A program made the position numbers and the translations under genes. The notes below the pieces were generated by a model that saw only the letters and a program-made list of their open reading frames with translations, did no database searches and was not told the DNA's origin. A stretch of 63,885 nt of DNA, filler included, from an uncultured bacterium (GTDB lineage Bacteria; CAZSTA01), in assembly GCA_964609495.1 (NCBI GenBank). It is 4 parts of 4 records of this genome, joined end to end, with 100 filler letters (N's around TTAATTAATTAA, not from the genome) between each part and the next. Parts side by side here need not be neighbours in the genome. Positions count along the whole stretch, not along the records: positions 34,503 to 51,598 come from CAZSTA010000066.1; positions 51,699 to 63,885 come from CAZSTA010000103.1; 2 more parts are not named here. The stretch is one strand, 5' to 3'. Shown here in pieces: positions 46,377 through 54,562 of this stretch (positions are counted from its first letter, which is position 1; each line of letters begins with the position of its first letter).

Positions 46377-49300
46377 ATGACTATTAGAGATAAAATAATA
46401 TTATCATTTATCCTCTTATTACTATTAATCGCCTCGGGTTGTGCCAGCCCTCAAGTGAAGAGGACAAATCCCGGAGAAGAGAAACCTCGAATGACTATAG
46501 AACAGCTTCGAGAAAGGATAGCCCTTGATCCAAGAGATGCTTCTGCTCGCTTTGAATTGGGAAAGCGTTTAGCTGAAAGAGGAAATTATCAAGAGGCGAT
46601 ATCTTTCCTAGAAACTGCTCACGAGCTAGGTTTATCTGGCGACGGTCTAGGGGATTGGCTGCGCCTGGTTAGAGCCAAGTTAGAGCTGATGAAGAACCAC
46701 TACGAATCCGATCCCTACTTCCAATTAGGAGATATCTATTATAATAGAGAGGATTATCCCAAAACTCTCGAAAATCTCCAGAAAGCTATCGAATTAGGAC
46801 AGAATGATGTAAAGACTTACAAATTACTGGGAATGACCTATTGGCAGCTTGGCGATTTTGATAAATCAGCCGAAGCCTTCAAATCTGCTTTGGATATCGA
46901 TTCGAATGATGGAGATGTCGCCAATTGGCTTGAATTCATCGAGGTTGAGATAGCTCTGAAGAAGAATCCTGACGATAAGGAAGCCTACTTCAAGTTAGGA
47001 AATATATACTACTATGATGAGAGCTATAATGAAGCTATCTCCGAATATAAGCGGGTTTTAGAGTATGATAGTCAGCATCAACAAGCAAGAAGAATGTTGG
47101 GAAAAGCTCAAAGAGCACTCGAAGGGGATGAATTGATAGATAAGGGCAATGTAGAATATGACGAAGCCGATTATGAGGAGGCTATAAAGCTGTATAAAAG
47201 GGCGGGAGATATATTCGAGGAGATAAGGAATAATAAGGCGCTGATCAGAAGTTCAGGAGGGGTAGGAAATGCCTACTATATGCTCAATAAATATCCCCAA
47301 GCTTTAGAATATTATAACCGAGCATTAAGAGCCGCCAGGAGAGCTAAATATAGAGAAGGGGAAGCCGATCAATTGAATAACCTTGGTAATGTTCACTACT
47401 CCTTGAGCAACTATGATGAGGCTAATAAATATCATCTAAAAGCTTTAAGTATATCCAGGCAAATAGGTTATCGGTGGGGAGAGTCAGATCAGCTAAGCAA
47501 CGTCGCTAGCATCTATGCCAGCCTAGGAAAGTATCCTTTAGCTCTAAAATACTATCAACAAGCATTGCAGATAGCCCAGGAAATAGAGGATCGCTATAGG
47601 GAGATCAATCGTCTGAGTGGATTAGGTTGGGTATATTATCGCCTCGCTGATTATTCCACCTCCATCGAATATCACAAGAGAGCTCTGAAATTAGCGGAGG
47701 CGATCGAGGATAGATATTCTCAGGCTAACAGCCTGAACGATCTAGGGAATATCTATTCCGACTTAGGCGATTACCCTCAATCCTTGGAGTATTATGAAAA
47801 AGGGCTTCAATTATCACAGGATATATCAGCTAAGGATATAGAGGCTAGTCTTCTTAATAACTTGGGCAACCTATACTCCGATCGGGGTGATTATACTCCA
47901 GCTTTGGATTGCTATAATCAAGCTATTGCGATAGCTCATAGGATAGGTGATAGAGGAGGAGAGGCTTTGTATCTAGGAAATATAGGGCTCTCCTATATGG
48001 AGCTGGGAGATTATGAAAAAGCCCTACAATATCAACAAGAGGCTTTGGAGATAGATAGAGAGACAGGAGCCAAGTTCTTAGAAGGAGCAGTTTTAGATAA
48101 CATCGGCCTCATTTACTATCTTCAAGGGAAGCTTGATCTCGCTAAGGATTATTTCGAGGGCTCGGTCAAGATACTTGACCAGCTAGGAAGCAAGAGGGAA
48201 TTCGCCTTTGCTTTGACCGACTTAGCGCAGATATACTACGAATTGAAGGATTATAAGAGGGCGTTGGAGCTCCATCAAGAGGCTTTAGCTACCAGTCAGG
48301 AGATAGGTAATAAGGTGAATGTTGCCAATGTGCTTAACCATTTGGGGGAGACCTATCAAGCTTTAGGTGATTTAGAGGATGCCCAAAAAAGTTATGAGGA
48401 AAGCTTAAATATCTGTAAAGAATTAGGTGTCTTGAGCGTTATGTGGCAGAGCCAAAGCAATTTAGGTATGCTTCAAGAATTGAAGGGCGATAAAGAGAAG
48501 GCTATCGCCTATTATAAAGAGGCGATAGACACTATAGAGAGCATTAGAGGGAGATTGAAGAGCAAGGAATTACAAGCTGGTTTTATGAAGGCGGAGGATA
48601 AGATCGATGTATATGAGAGGTTAATAAACCTAGCTATAGAGCTTGAATCTCCTGAGAAATGCTTGGAGTATCTAGAGAGAAGTAAATCGGAGGTAATAAA
48701 GGAGATATTCGCAGGATTAAAGCCAAAAATCGAGAATGAATATGCTAGAGAGAGATTCGAGCAGATAAGTGAATTAGAGGGACGAATAGAAGCTACAGAG
48801 AAACAATTGGCTCAAGCAACTTCGGAGGAGGAAATAGAAAATCTCACCCAAGTCTTAGCGAAAACTAAGGGAGAGGTCAATCAACTGATGCTGGAATTGG
48901 ATAATGAACATCCCGAAGTATATAACTTTCTAACCGTTCATTACACCACCTTTGATATTATTCAAGAGCAATTACCAGATAATACCCTGCTTATAGAATA
49001 TGGGCTCCTGGACGATTATTTCTTGATCTTCACGATCTCCAAGGATTCCATTGTGGCTAAATCGGTCAAGGTCTGCAAAGATGAGATAGATAATCTAGTC
49101 ATAGACTATAGAAGAGAACTACGTCGTCCCCTTCTAGGAAGCGAAGCTGGCTCAGAGGCGCCGATAGAGGAGTTATCTTCAAAGCTCTATGGATATTTAA
49201 TTCTTCCCATCGAGGAGGAAATAGAGAAGTTCGATACTATAACCATCGTTCCTTATGGTTCTCTCTATTATCTTCCCTTTCATGCCCTTCAGAGAAAACT

Positions 49301-50006
49301 CCCCTCAGGAGAGCTTCAATATCTTCTGGAGTGGAAGCGAGTAGCTTATCTTACTAGTTCAACCTTGATGGATCTTCTAAAGGGAGGTAGCTTAAGCAGA
49401 GGAATGAAGGAAAGCTTAATAGCCTTCGGGAATCCAGATGGGACCCTAAAATCTGCCTTAGAGGAAGTAGAAGCTCTAGGGAAGATAGTAAGCGAAGCTG
49501 AGATCTTTACTCTTGAGGATGCCACGAAGGATAAATTCTTAACTTATGCTAAGGATTATAATATAATCCACCTAGCTACTCACGGTTATTTAAAACCCAA
49601 TCCTAAAAATTCTTATCTTGTTTTAGCTCCTAAAGGGGAAGGAAATCTAACGGTATGGGAAATTATGGGGGAACTAACAGATGCTCTAAAAGATGAGAAT
49701 CAACTTGTAGTTCTCTCCGCGTGTCAGACAGCCTTGCAGGAAGGAAAGCAACTTCAAGGTAAGGAACTATTGAGCCTAGCTTCAGCTTTCACTAGGGCTG
49801 GTTCTCCAGCGCTAATAGCGACTTTATGGAGTGTAGATGACAAATCCACTAAGGAACTTATGCTCGATTTCTATGAGAATCTGAGAGATGGGAATCACGA
49901 TAAATTGGAGGCTTTGAGGCAAGCTCAAATATCTCTACTGGGGAGTGGCAAATTCGACCATCCTTTCTTCTGGGCTCCATTCATACTTATCGGAGACTGG
50001 AGATAG
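46377..50006 (+). CDS. Lipoprotein TPR-repeat CHAT (caspase-like) protease
   Basis: Lipobox IASG-C and many TPRs. CHAT motifs IVPYGSLYYLPFHAL, HLATHG, VVLSACQT, IATLWSVDD and HPFFWAPF. Confidence 0.92.
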   Translation: MTIRDKIILSFILLLLLIASGCASPQVKRTNPGEEKPRMTIEQLRERIALDPRDASARFELGKRLAERGNYQEAISFLETAHELGLSGDGLGDWLRLVRAKLELMKNHYESDPYFQLGDIYYNREDYPKTLENLQKAIELGQNDVKTYKLLGMTYWQLGDFDKSAEAFKSALDIDSNDGDVANWLEFIEVEIALKKNPDDKEAYFKLGNIYYYDESYNEAISEYKRVLEYDSQHQQARRMLGKAQRALEGDELIDKGNVEYDEADYEEAIKLYKRAGDIFEEIRNNKALIRSSGGVGNAYYMLNKYPQALEYYNRALRAARRAKYREGEADQLNNLGNVHYSLSNYDEANKYHLKALSISRQIGYRWGESDQLSNVASIYASLGKYPLALKYYQQALQIAQEIEDRYREINRLSGLGWVYYRLADYSTSIEYHKRALKLAEAIEDRYSQANSLNDLGNIYSDLGDYPQSLEYYEKGLQLSQDISAKDIEASLLNNLGNLYSDRGDYTPALDCYNQAIAIAHRIGDRGGEALYLGNIGLSYMELGDYEKALQYQQEALEIDRETGAKFLEGAVLDNIGLIYYLQGKLDLAKDYFEGSVKILDQLGSKREFAFALTDLAQIYYELKDYKRALELHQEALATSQEIGNKVNVANVLNHLGETYQALGDLEDAQKSYEESLNICKELGVLSVMWQSQSNLGMLQELKGDKEKAIAYYKEAIDTIESIRGRLKSKELQAGFMKAEDKIDVYERLINLAIELESPEKCLEYLERSKSEVIKEIFAGLKPKIENEYARERFEQISELEGRIEATEKQLAQATSEEEIENLTQVLAKTKGEVNQLMLELDNEHPEVYNFLTVHYTTFDIIQEQLPDNTLLIEYGLLDDYFLIFTISKDSIVAKSVKVCKDEIDNLVIDYRRELRRPLLGSEAGSEAPIEELSSKLYGYLILPIEEEIEKFDTITIVPYGSLYYLPFHALQRKLPSGELQYLLEWKRVAYLTSSTLMDLLKGGSLSRGMKESLIAFGNPDGTLKSALEEVEALGKIVSEAEIFTLEDATKDKFLTYAKDYNIIHLATHGYLKPNPKNSYLVLAPKGEGNLTVWEIMGELTDALKDENQLVVLSACQTALQEGKQLQGKELLSLASAFTRAGSPALIATLWSVDDKSTKELMLDFYENLRDGNHDKLEALRQAQISLLGSGKFDHPFFWAPFILIGDWR

Positions 50007-50180
50007 AAAAAATTTTCAAAAAATATTGCTGGATATGCCTTAGAGGAAGGCATCTGAGAAAGGTTGCATGGCTGCTCTCAGAGGCTGACTGATGAGGATA
50101 TGAAGGCAAGGGAAGGTGAGTAAACAGAACTGGAAGGTTACTTGGGGCTATTTATATAATCTAGTGATCGCTTAATAAAA

Positions 50181-50208
50181 ATAGCGAGGAGAAGTTTCTC
50201 CTCGCTAT
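50181..50208 (-). terminator. Intrinsic terminator between the convergent CHAT and CsgG-like genes
   Basis: 13-bp stem ATAGCGAGGAGAA/TTCTCCTCGCTAT followed by TTTTA on the minus strand. Confidence 0.75.
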
Positions 50209-50241
50209 ATCTGAATCAAATATCAAATTTTCATTTAGCTC

Positions 50242-51261
50242 TTATTGAGAGCCTAAATATCTAACGATATCTTCTCTAGAGAATGCCTCTCCACTTACTG
50301 CGACTGCGATCGAAAACTTATCCTGAACGCTATTTACTTGAATTACTCCCACCTTGGTCTCCTCACTGCCCAAGGAGAGGCCGGTTTCGGGATCGATTAA
50401 CTCCTCGCCTGGCTTATAAACCTCGAGGAGCATCCCCACGGTAATTCCAGTATCCGCTCCGGCGTTGATATAAATCTTATCAAGGGTATCAGCCTTAACA
50501 ACTCGACCTTCCCAAGGCACAGTTTCCATCTGAGCAACTATGAAGTTGATCGCATCTTTAATCGCCTCACGGGTAACCTTGCCCAAGGGAGTCTTCTCAA
50601 AGCTAGAACCTCCAAAGGCGATCCCTTTATAAGCACCAGCCACAGCTACTCCGGTAGTCTTAGCCGTCTTCTCTACATGACGAGATTGGAGCACCTGGCC
50701 AGTGGTGGAATCATACATTCTAACATCTATAGCCACATAAGCTACTTCTTCACCTACTCCTATCTCTAGCCCTTTGACTTTTACTGCCCCTGCGCCACCA
50801 GATTTCTTATGTTCGAATTCGGTTATAGCCCCTCTGATCAATATCTGAGCGCCTAGAAGCTGGCCTACTTTAGCCGCAGTCTCCGGTCTGATCCTACCCT
50901 CTTCGGCGAGATCTTGCTCAGTTATTATATCTTCTAGGGCTTGTCTTTCGACGACGATGAATCTGTCCGTCTCAAACAGGGCAGTGGTTAGCATATCTGA
51001 CATACCTTCGCCGATCTCCCAACTCGGATCCCACCACCAATTTTGCACCTTGTTCTCGAAGCCTGCTACCGCGATCCTCTTCTTAGGTCCATAGTAGGGC
51101 TTAGCCTCGGTCTCCTGAACTGTTACTTTAGAGGCTTCGTATGATTCCTGCGAAGACGTGGTTTCCTCTTTAGCTGTAGTGATGGTGGCTGCACATCCAG
51201 TGAAGTAAAAAACGAACAGGATAAGCAACCCACACATCAAAATTGATAACCTCTTGCTCAT
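50242..51261 (-). CDS. CsgG/HfaB family lipoprotein with FlgT-C-like C-terminal domain
   Basis: Lipobox FTG-C; KKRIAVAGF, RFIVVER..L....EQ, GAITEF and IYINAG...G motifs. Start moved to ATG 51261 behind GGAGG. Confidence 0.85.
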   Translation of the reverse strand: MSKRLSILMCGLLILFVFYFTGCAATITTAKEETTSSQESYEASKVTVQETEAKPYYGPKKRIAVAGFENKVQNWWWDPSWEIGEGMSDMLTTALFETDRFIVVERQALEDIITEQDLAEEGRIRPETAAKVGQLLGAQILIRGAITEFEHKKSGGAGAVKVKGLEIGVGEEVAYVAIDVRMYDSTTGQVLQSRHVEKTAKTTGVAVAGAYKGIAFGGSSFEKTPLGKVTREAIKDAINFIVAQMETVPWEGRVVKADTLDKIYINAGADTGITVGMLLEVYKPGEELIDPETGLSLGSEETKVGVIQVNSVQDKFSIAVAVSGEAFSREDIVRYLGSQ

Positions 51262-51337
51262 TTTTATTACCTCCTTAGTCTTATTTTTACTATTAATCTG
51301 ACTTCTAACGCCTATCAAAAGCCAGCACAAACTACTA

Positions 51338-51598
51338 TTAGTCCTCAGATGATTCCTCCTTCTTAGTCTCTTCCATTTCCTCAAACATTTGCTGCATCAT
51401 CTGAGCGAAATCAATTATCTCTCCGGTGATAGCAGTCTTTGCTCCACTCGTTCCAAAGTCTATCACTTCCATTTCACTGGACATCTTGCTTTCCTCTTTA
51501 CCCTCCTCATCCTCCGTCTCTACTAGAGTGTCGCTTATGCTCCTCGCAACTGGGATGATAGGGATATCTTTATTCCACCAGAGCTTAACTTGACTAGT
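51338..51598 (-). CDS. Hypothetical protein, C-terminal fragment (5' end lost at the gap)
   Basis: Open frame TSQVKLWWNKDIPIIPVA...EEMEETKKEESSED*. Confidence 0.6.
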   Translation of the reverse strand, partial: TSQVKLWWNKDIPIIPVARSISDTLVETEDEEGKEESKMSSEMEVIDFGTSGAKTAITGEIIDFAQMMQQMFEEMEETKKEESSED

Positions 51599-51698
51599 NN
51601 NNNNNNNNNNNNNNNNNNNNNNNNNNNNNNNNNNNNNNNNNNTTAATTAATTAANNNNNNNNNNNNNNNNNNNNNNNNNNNNNNNNNNNNNNNNNNNN
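51599..51698. other. Artificial contig linker
   Basis: N run with a central TTAATTAATTAA. Confidence 0.98.
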
Positions 51699-51765
51699 TT
51701 ATCTCAATGTCCCCTCTCCCCTCGTGGGAGAGGGATAGGGTGAGGGGGAATTATATCTTGAACTC
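51699..51765 (+). repeat. Repeat family module A at the contig start
   Basis: CCCTCTCCCCTCGTGGGAGAGGGATAGGGTGAGGGGGAATTATATCTTGAACTC. Confidence 0.88.
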
Positions 51766-51837
51766 ACTAGCGAATATTTGAAGCTACTTAACATATTCTC
51801 AGCACGAAATTTTATATGCATCCCTTAGCTTAGTTAC

Positions 51838-51866
51838 TTGACAGAAGACTTTTTTTATGGTATACT
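51838..51866 (+). promoter_or_regulatory. sigma70 promoter of the secDF run
   Basis: TTGACA-17nt-TATACT with extended TGn. Confidence 0.8.
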
Positions 51867-51983
51867 CTTTATTGTTAAAGAGATTAATTATAACTGAAGA
51901 TTTGTAAATAACTACTCTAGTTTTTTACAATATGAGCTAAATTTGGTAATCGCGATATCTTGAGGAGCCTAAGGAGGAATTTA

Positions 51984-54146
51984 ATGCAAAGAAACATTCA
52001 GTTGCAGATTCTAGCTATAGTTATATTGATAGGATTAGCGATCTATTTCGCCTTTCCTTTAGGGGAAAAGATAAAGTTAGGATTGGATCTAAAAGGTGGT
52101 ATGCACCTCGTCTTAGAGGCTCAAGGTGAATTTGAGGATGAGGAAGCTAGAACTATAGCTATGAATCATGTTATAAAGATTATCCGCAACCGCGTCGATG
52201 AATTGGGAGTGGCTGAACCGGTCATTCAAAGATCAGGGCCAAATAGAATTTTGGTTCAACTACCTGGTATAACTGATATTGAGCGAGCTCGTAGATTAAT
52301 CGGGGAAACAGCTTTGTTGGAGTTTAGGATAGTAAAAAATATCATCGAGAGGGTGAATGAAGAGGGAGAGAAAGAGATAGAATATGACCTGGGTGAAACC
52401 CTCCTTACTGGTGATAAGTTGAAGTTGGCTAAGGTAGGATATGATCAGCTTGGTAAACCTAAAGTTGATATACAACTCACAGATGAAGGTGGCGAATTAT
52501 TTGAAAAGATCACGGGAGATAATGTAGGGCGACAATTAGCCATAGTGCTAGATGGAAAGGTGGAATCAGCTCCGGTTATTAAGACGAAGATCAGTGGTGG
52601 TAGAGCAGAGATAACCGGAATCCGTAGCCTTCAGGAGGCTAAGGATTTAGCCCTAGTTCTACGTACCGGTGCTTTACCTGTGGAGATGGATATAATAGAG
52701 GAGAGAACGATTGGCCCTACCTTGGGACGAGACTCTATAAGTAGTGGAGTAAGAGCCGCGATCATCGGAGCGATATTGGTTTTGATTTTTATGGTTATTT
52801 ACTACCGATTCTATGGATTGGCCGCCGATCTAGCCTTGATAATCGCGGGTATATTGATATTAGGTGCCTTAGCCGCTACTAAAGCCACTCTGACTCTGCC
52901 CGGTATCGCTGGTCTAGCCCTAACTATCGGGATGGCTGTTGATGCTAACGTCATAATCTTTGAGAGGATCAAGGAGGAGTTGAGGAGTGGAAAGACGACT
53001 AGAGCCGCTATGCACTCTGGTCATAGCAAAGCGTTCTGGACCATCTTCGATGCCAATGTCACAACTCTGCTGGCCGCGGCCGTTCTATTCCAATTTGGGA
53101 CTGGACCGGTAAGAGGCTTTGCCGTAACTTTGAGTATCGGTGTCGTAGTCAGTATGTTTACCGCTCTGGTAGTCACGAGATTGATTCTCATCTTATTCTC
53201 TATGTTTAAGGAGTTAGAATCCAAGGCTCTGCTTGGAGCTACTAGTATAAATTTCATGGGTAAGATCAGAACTGCGGCTATTGTATCGATAATTATCGTA
53301 GCAATAGGATTGGCATCGTTCTTCTTCCGGGGCTTCGCTTATGGGATCGACTTTTCAGGAGGAAACTTGCTCCAACTTCGTTTTGATAAGGCGGTGACTG
53401 TGGGTGATGTAAGGAAGGTGTTGGGCGAGTTTGGTTTAGAAAAGAGCGTTGTTCAGCGATTCGGTGGCGAGAGGGAAATCATTATCCGCAGTGAAGAACT
53501 GAAGCAGGAAGATATCGAGGGGGTAACTAGCGCTCTAAATGAGCAAATCGGTAATTCTGAAGTTCTCAGAGTAGAGACGGTAGGACCGACTATAGGTAGA
53601 GAATTACAGAAACAGTCTTTATACGCGGTTTTAGTATCGATGGCTTTTATGTTGGCTTATATCGCCTTCCGCTTCGATTTCAAGTTCGGAGTCGGAGCCA
53701 TTGTGGCTTTAATCCATGATGTGATCATAGTGCTGGTGATATTTTCCCTCTTTCGTCTGGAGATAAGCGCTCCGATAATCGCTATCCTTCTTACTATAGT
53801 AGGATATTCGGTTAACGATACGATTATTATCTCCGATAGAATAAGGGAAAATCTAAGGTTGATGCGTCGTAAACCTATCGTTGAGGTTACTAACCTGAGC
53901 CTTAACCAGACTCTAGCCAGAACGATAAATACTGTTCTTACCACTATGCTGCCGACTTTGTCCTTGCTCTTCCTAGGAGGTAAGATCCTGCAAAACTTCG
54001 CTTTAGCTTTCGCTATAGGTCTCATCACCGGAACTTATTCCTCGATCTATGTAGCTAGCGCAATCGTCGTCTGGTGGAGAAATGTCTCCGAAAGGAGGAG
54101 AAAACTCTATAAAGAAGGCCCGCAGGTGAGAGCCACAAGTAGATAG
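51984..54146 (+). CDS. secDF: Fused protein translocase subunit SecDF
   Basis: LGLDLKGG, GVAEP, GMAVDANV..FERI.EE, GIDFSGG and GYSVNDTI...DRIREN motifs. ATG 51984 lies behind AGGAGG. Confidence 0.96.
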   Translation: MQRNIQLQILAIVILIGLAIYFAFPLGEKIKLGLDLKGGMHLVLEAQGEFEDEEARTIAMNHVIKIIRNRVDELGVAEPVIQRSGPNRILVQLPGITDIERARRLIGETALLEFRIVKNIIERVNEEGEKEIEYDLGETLLTGDKLKLAKVGYDQLGKPKVDIQLTDEGGELFEKITGDNVGRQLAIVLDGKVESAPVIKTKISGGRAEITGIRSLQEAKDLALVLRTGALPVEMDIIEERTIGPTLGRDSISSGVRAAIIGAILVLIFMVIYYRFYGLAADLALIIAGILILGALAATKATLTLPGIAGLALTIGMAVDANVIIFERIKEELRSGKTTRAAMHSGHSKAFWTIFDANVTTLLAAAVLFQFGTGPVRGFAVTLSIGVVVSMFTALVVTRLILILFSMFKELESKALLGATSINFMGKIRTAAIVSIIIVAIGLASFFFRGFAYGIDFSGGNLLQLRFDKAVTVGDVRKVLGEFGLEKSVVQRFGGEREIIIRSEELKQEDIEGVTSALNEQIGNSEVLRVETVGPTIGRELQKQSLYAVLVSMAFMLAYIAFRFDFKFGVGAIVALIHDVIIVLVIFSLFRLEISAPIIAILLTIVGYSVNDTIIISDRIRENLRLMRRKPIVEVTNLSLNQTLARTINTVLTTMLPTLSLLFLGGKILQNFALAFAIGLITGTYSSIYVASAIVVWWRNVSERRRKLYKEGPQVRATSR

Positions 54147-54181
54147 GGTTCAATAGGGTTTTCAATTACGAGGAGGGGATA

Positions 54182-54562
54182 ATGCAGACTTTTGTTATTA
54201 TCATAGTCCTGTTGTTTATGATCTTAGCCTCGGTAATCGCCGCTCAAAATGCAGGACAGGATGTTACGCTTCAATTTCTTCTGAAGGATTGGTCCGTAAC
54301 TATCAACGCTTTACCTCTGATCCTAGTCTCCATGCTTTTAGGGGTTATCCTTACCGCTGTTTTAGGAATCTCAAGTTGGATCAAGCAAGAGGGTCGGGTT
54401 CGAAGACTTAACTCCCGCATCAGGGAATTGGAAAAGGAATTAGCAGAAGCGGTAAGTAGTAGTAGGAGAGTTATTGGAGGTGAATTGCCTGCCTCTGATT
54501 CTCATCAACCTATCGCTCCTCCTATCCCTGAGGAGGATAGAAGAATAGAAGAGGTAAAATGA
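54182..54562 (+). CDS. LapA (DUF1049) family membrane protein
   Basis: TM-AQN..V.L.F-TM followed by a coiled coil. Confidence 0.7.
   Translation: MQTFVIIIVLLFMILASVIAAQNAGQDVTLQFLLKDWSVTINALPLILVSMLLGVILTAVLGISSWIKQEGRVRRLNSRIRELEKELAEAVSSSRRVIGGELPASDSHQPIAPPIPEEDRRIEEVK

Noticed and set aside
46377-50006. CHAT protease as part of a type III-E CRISPR (Craspase) or gasdermin system
   Set aside because: No Cas7-11, Csx30/31, array or gasdermin-like gene nearby, and the protein appears to be exported.
51262-51384. Basic N-terminal extension of the CsgG-like ORF
   Set aside because: It overlaps the upstream gene; the RBS and lipoprotein signal support ATG 51261.
17196-51698. TTAATTAATTAA palindromes inside N runs, and gene adjacencies across them
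   Set aside because: The three linkers are identical 100-bp artificial joins, so neighbourhoods across them have no biological meaning.
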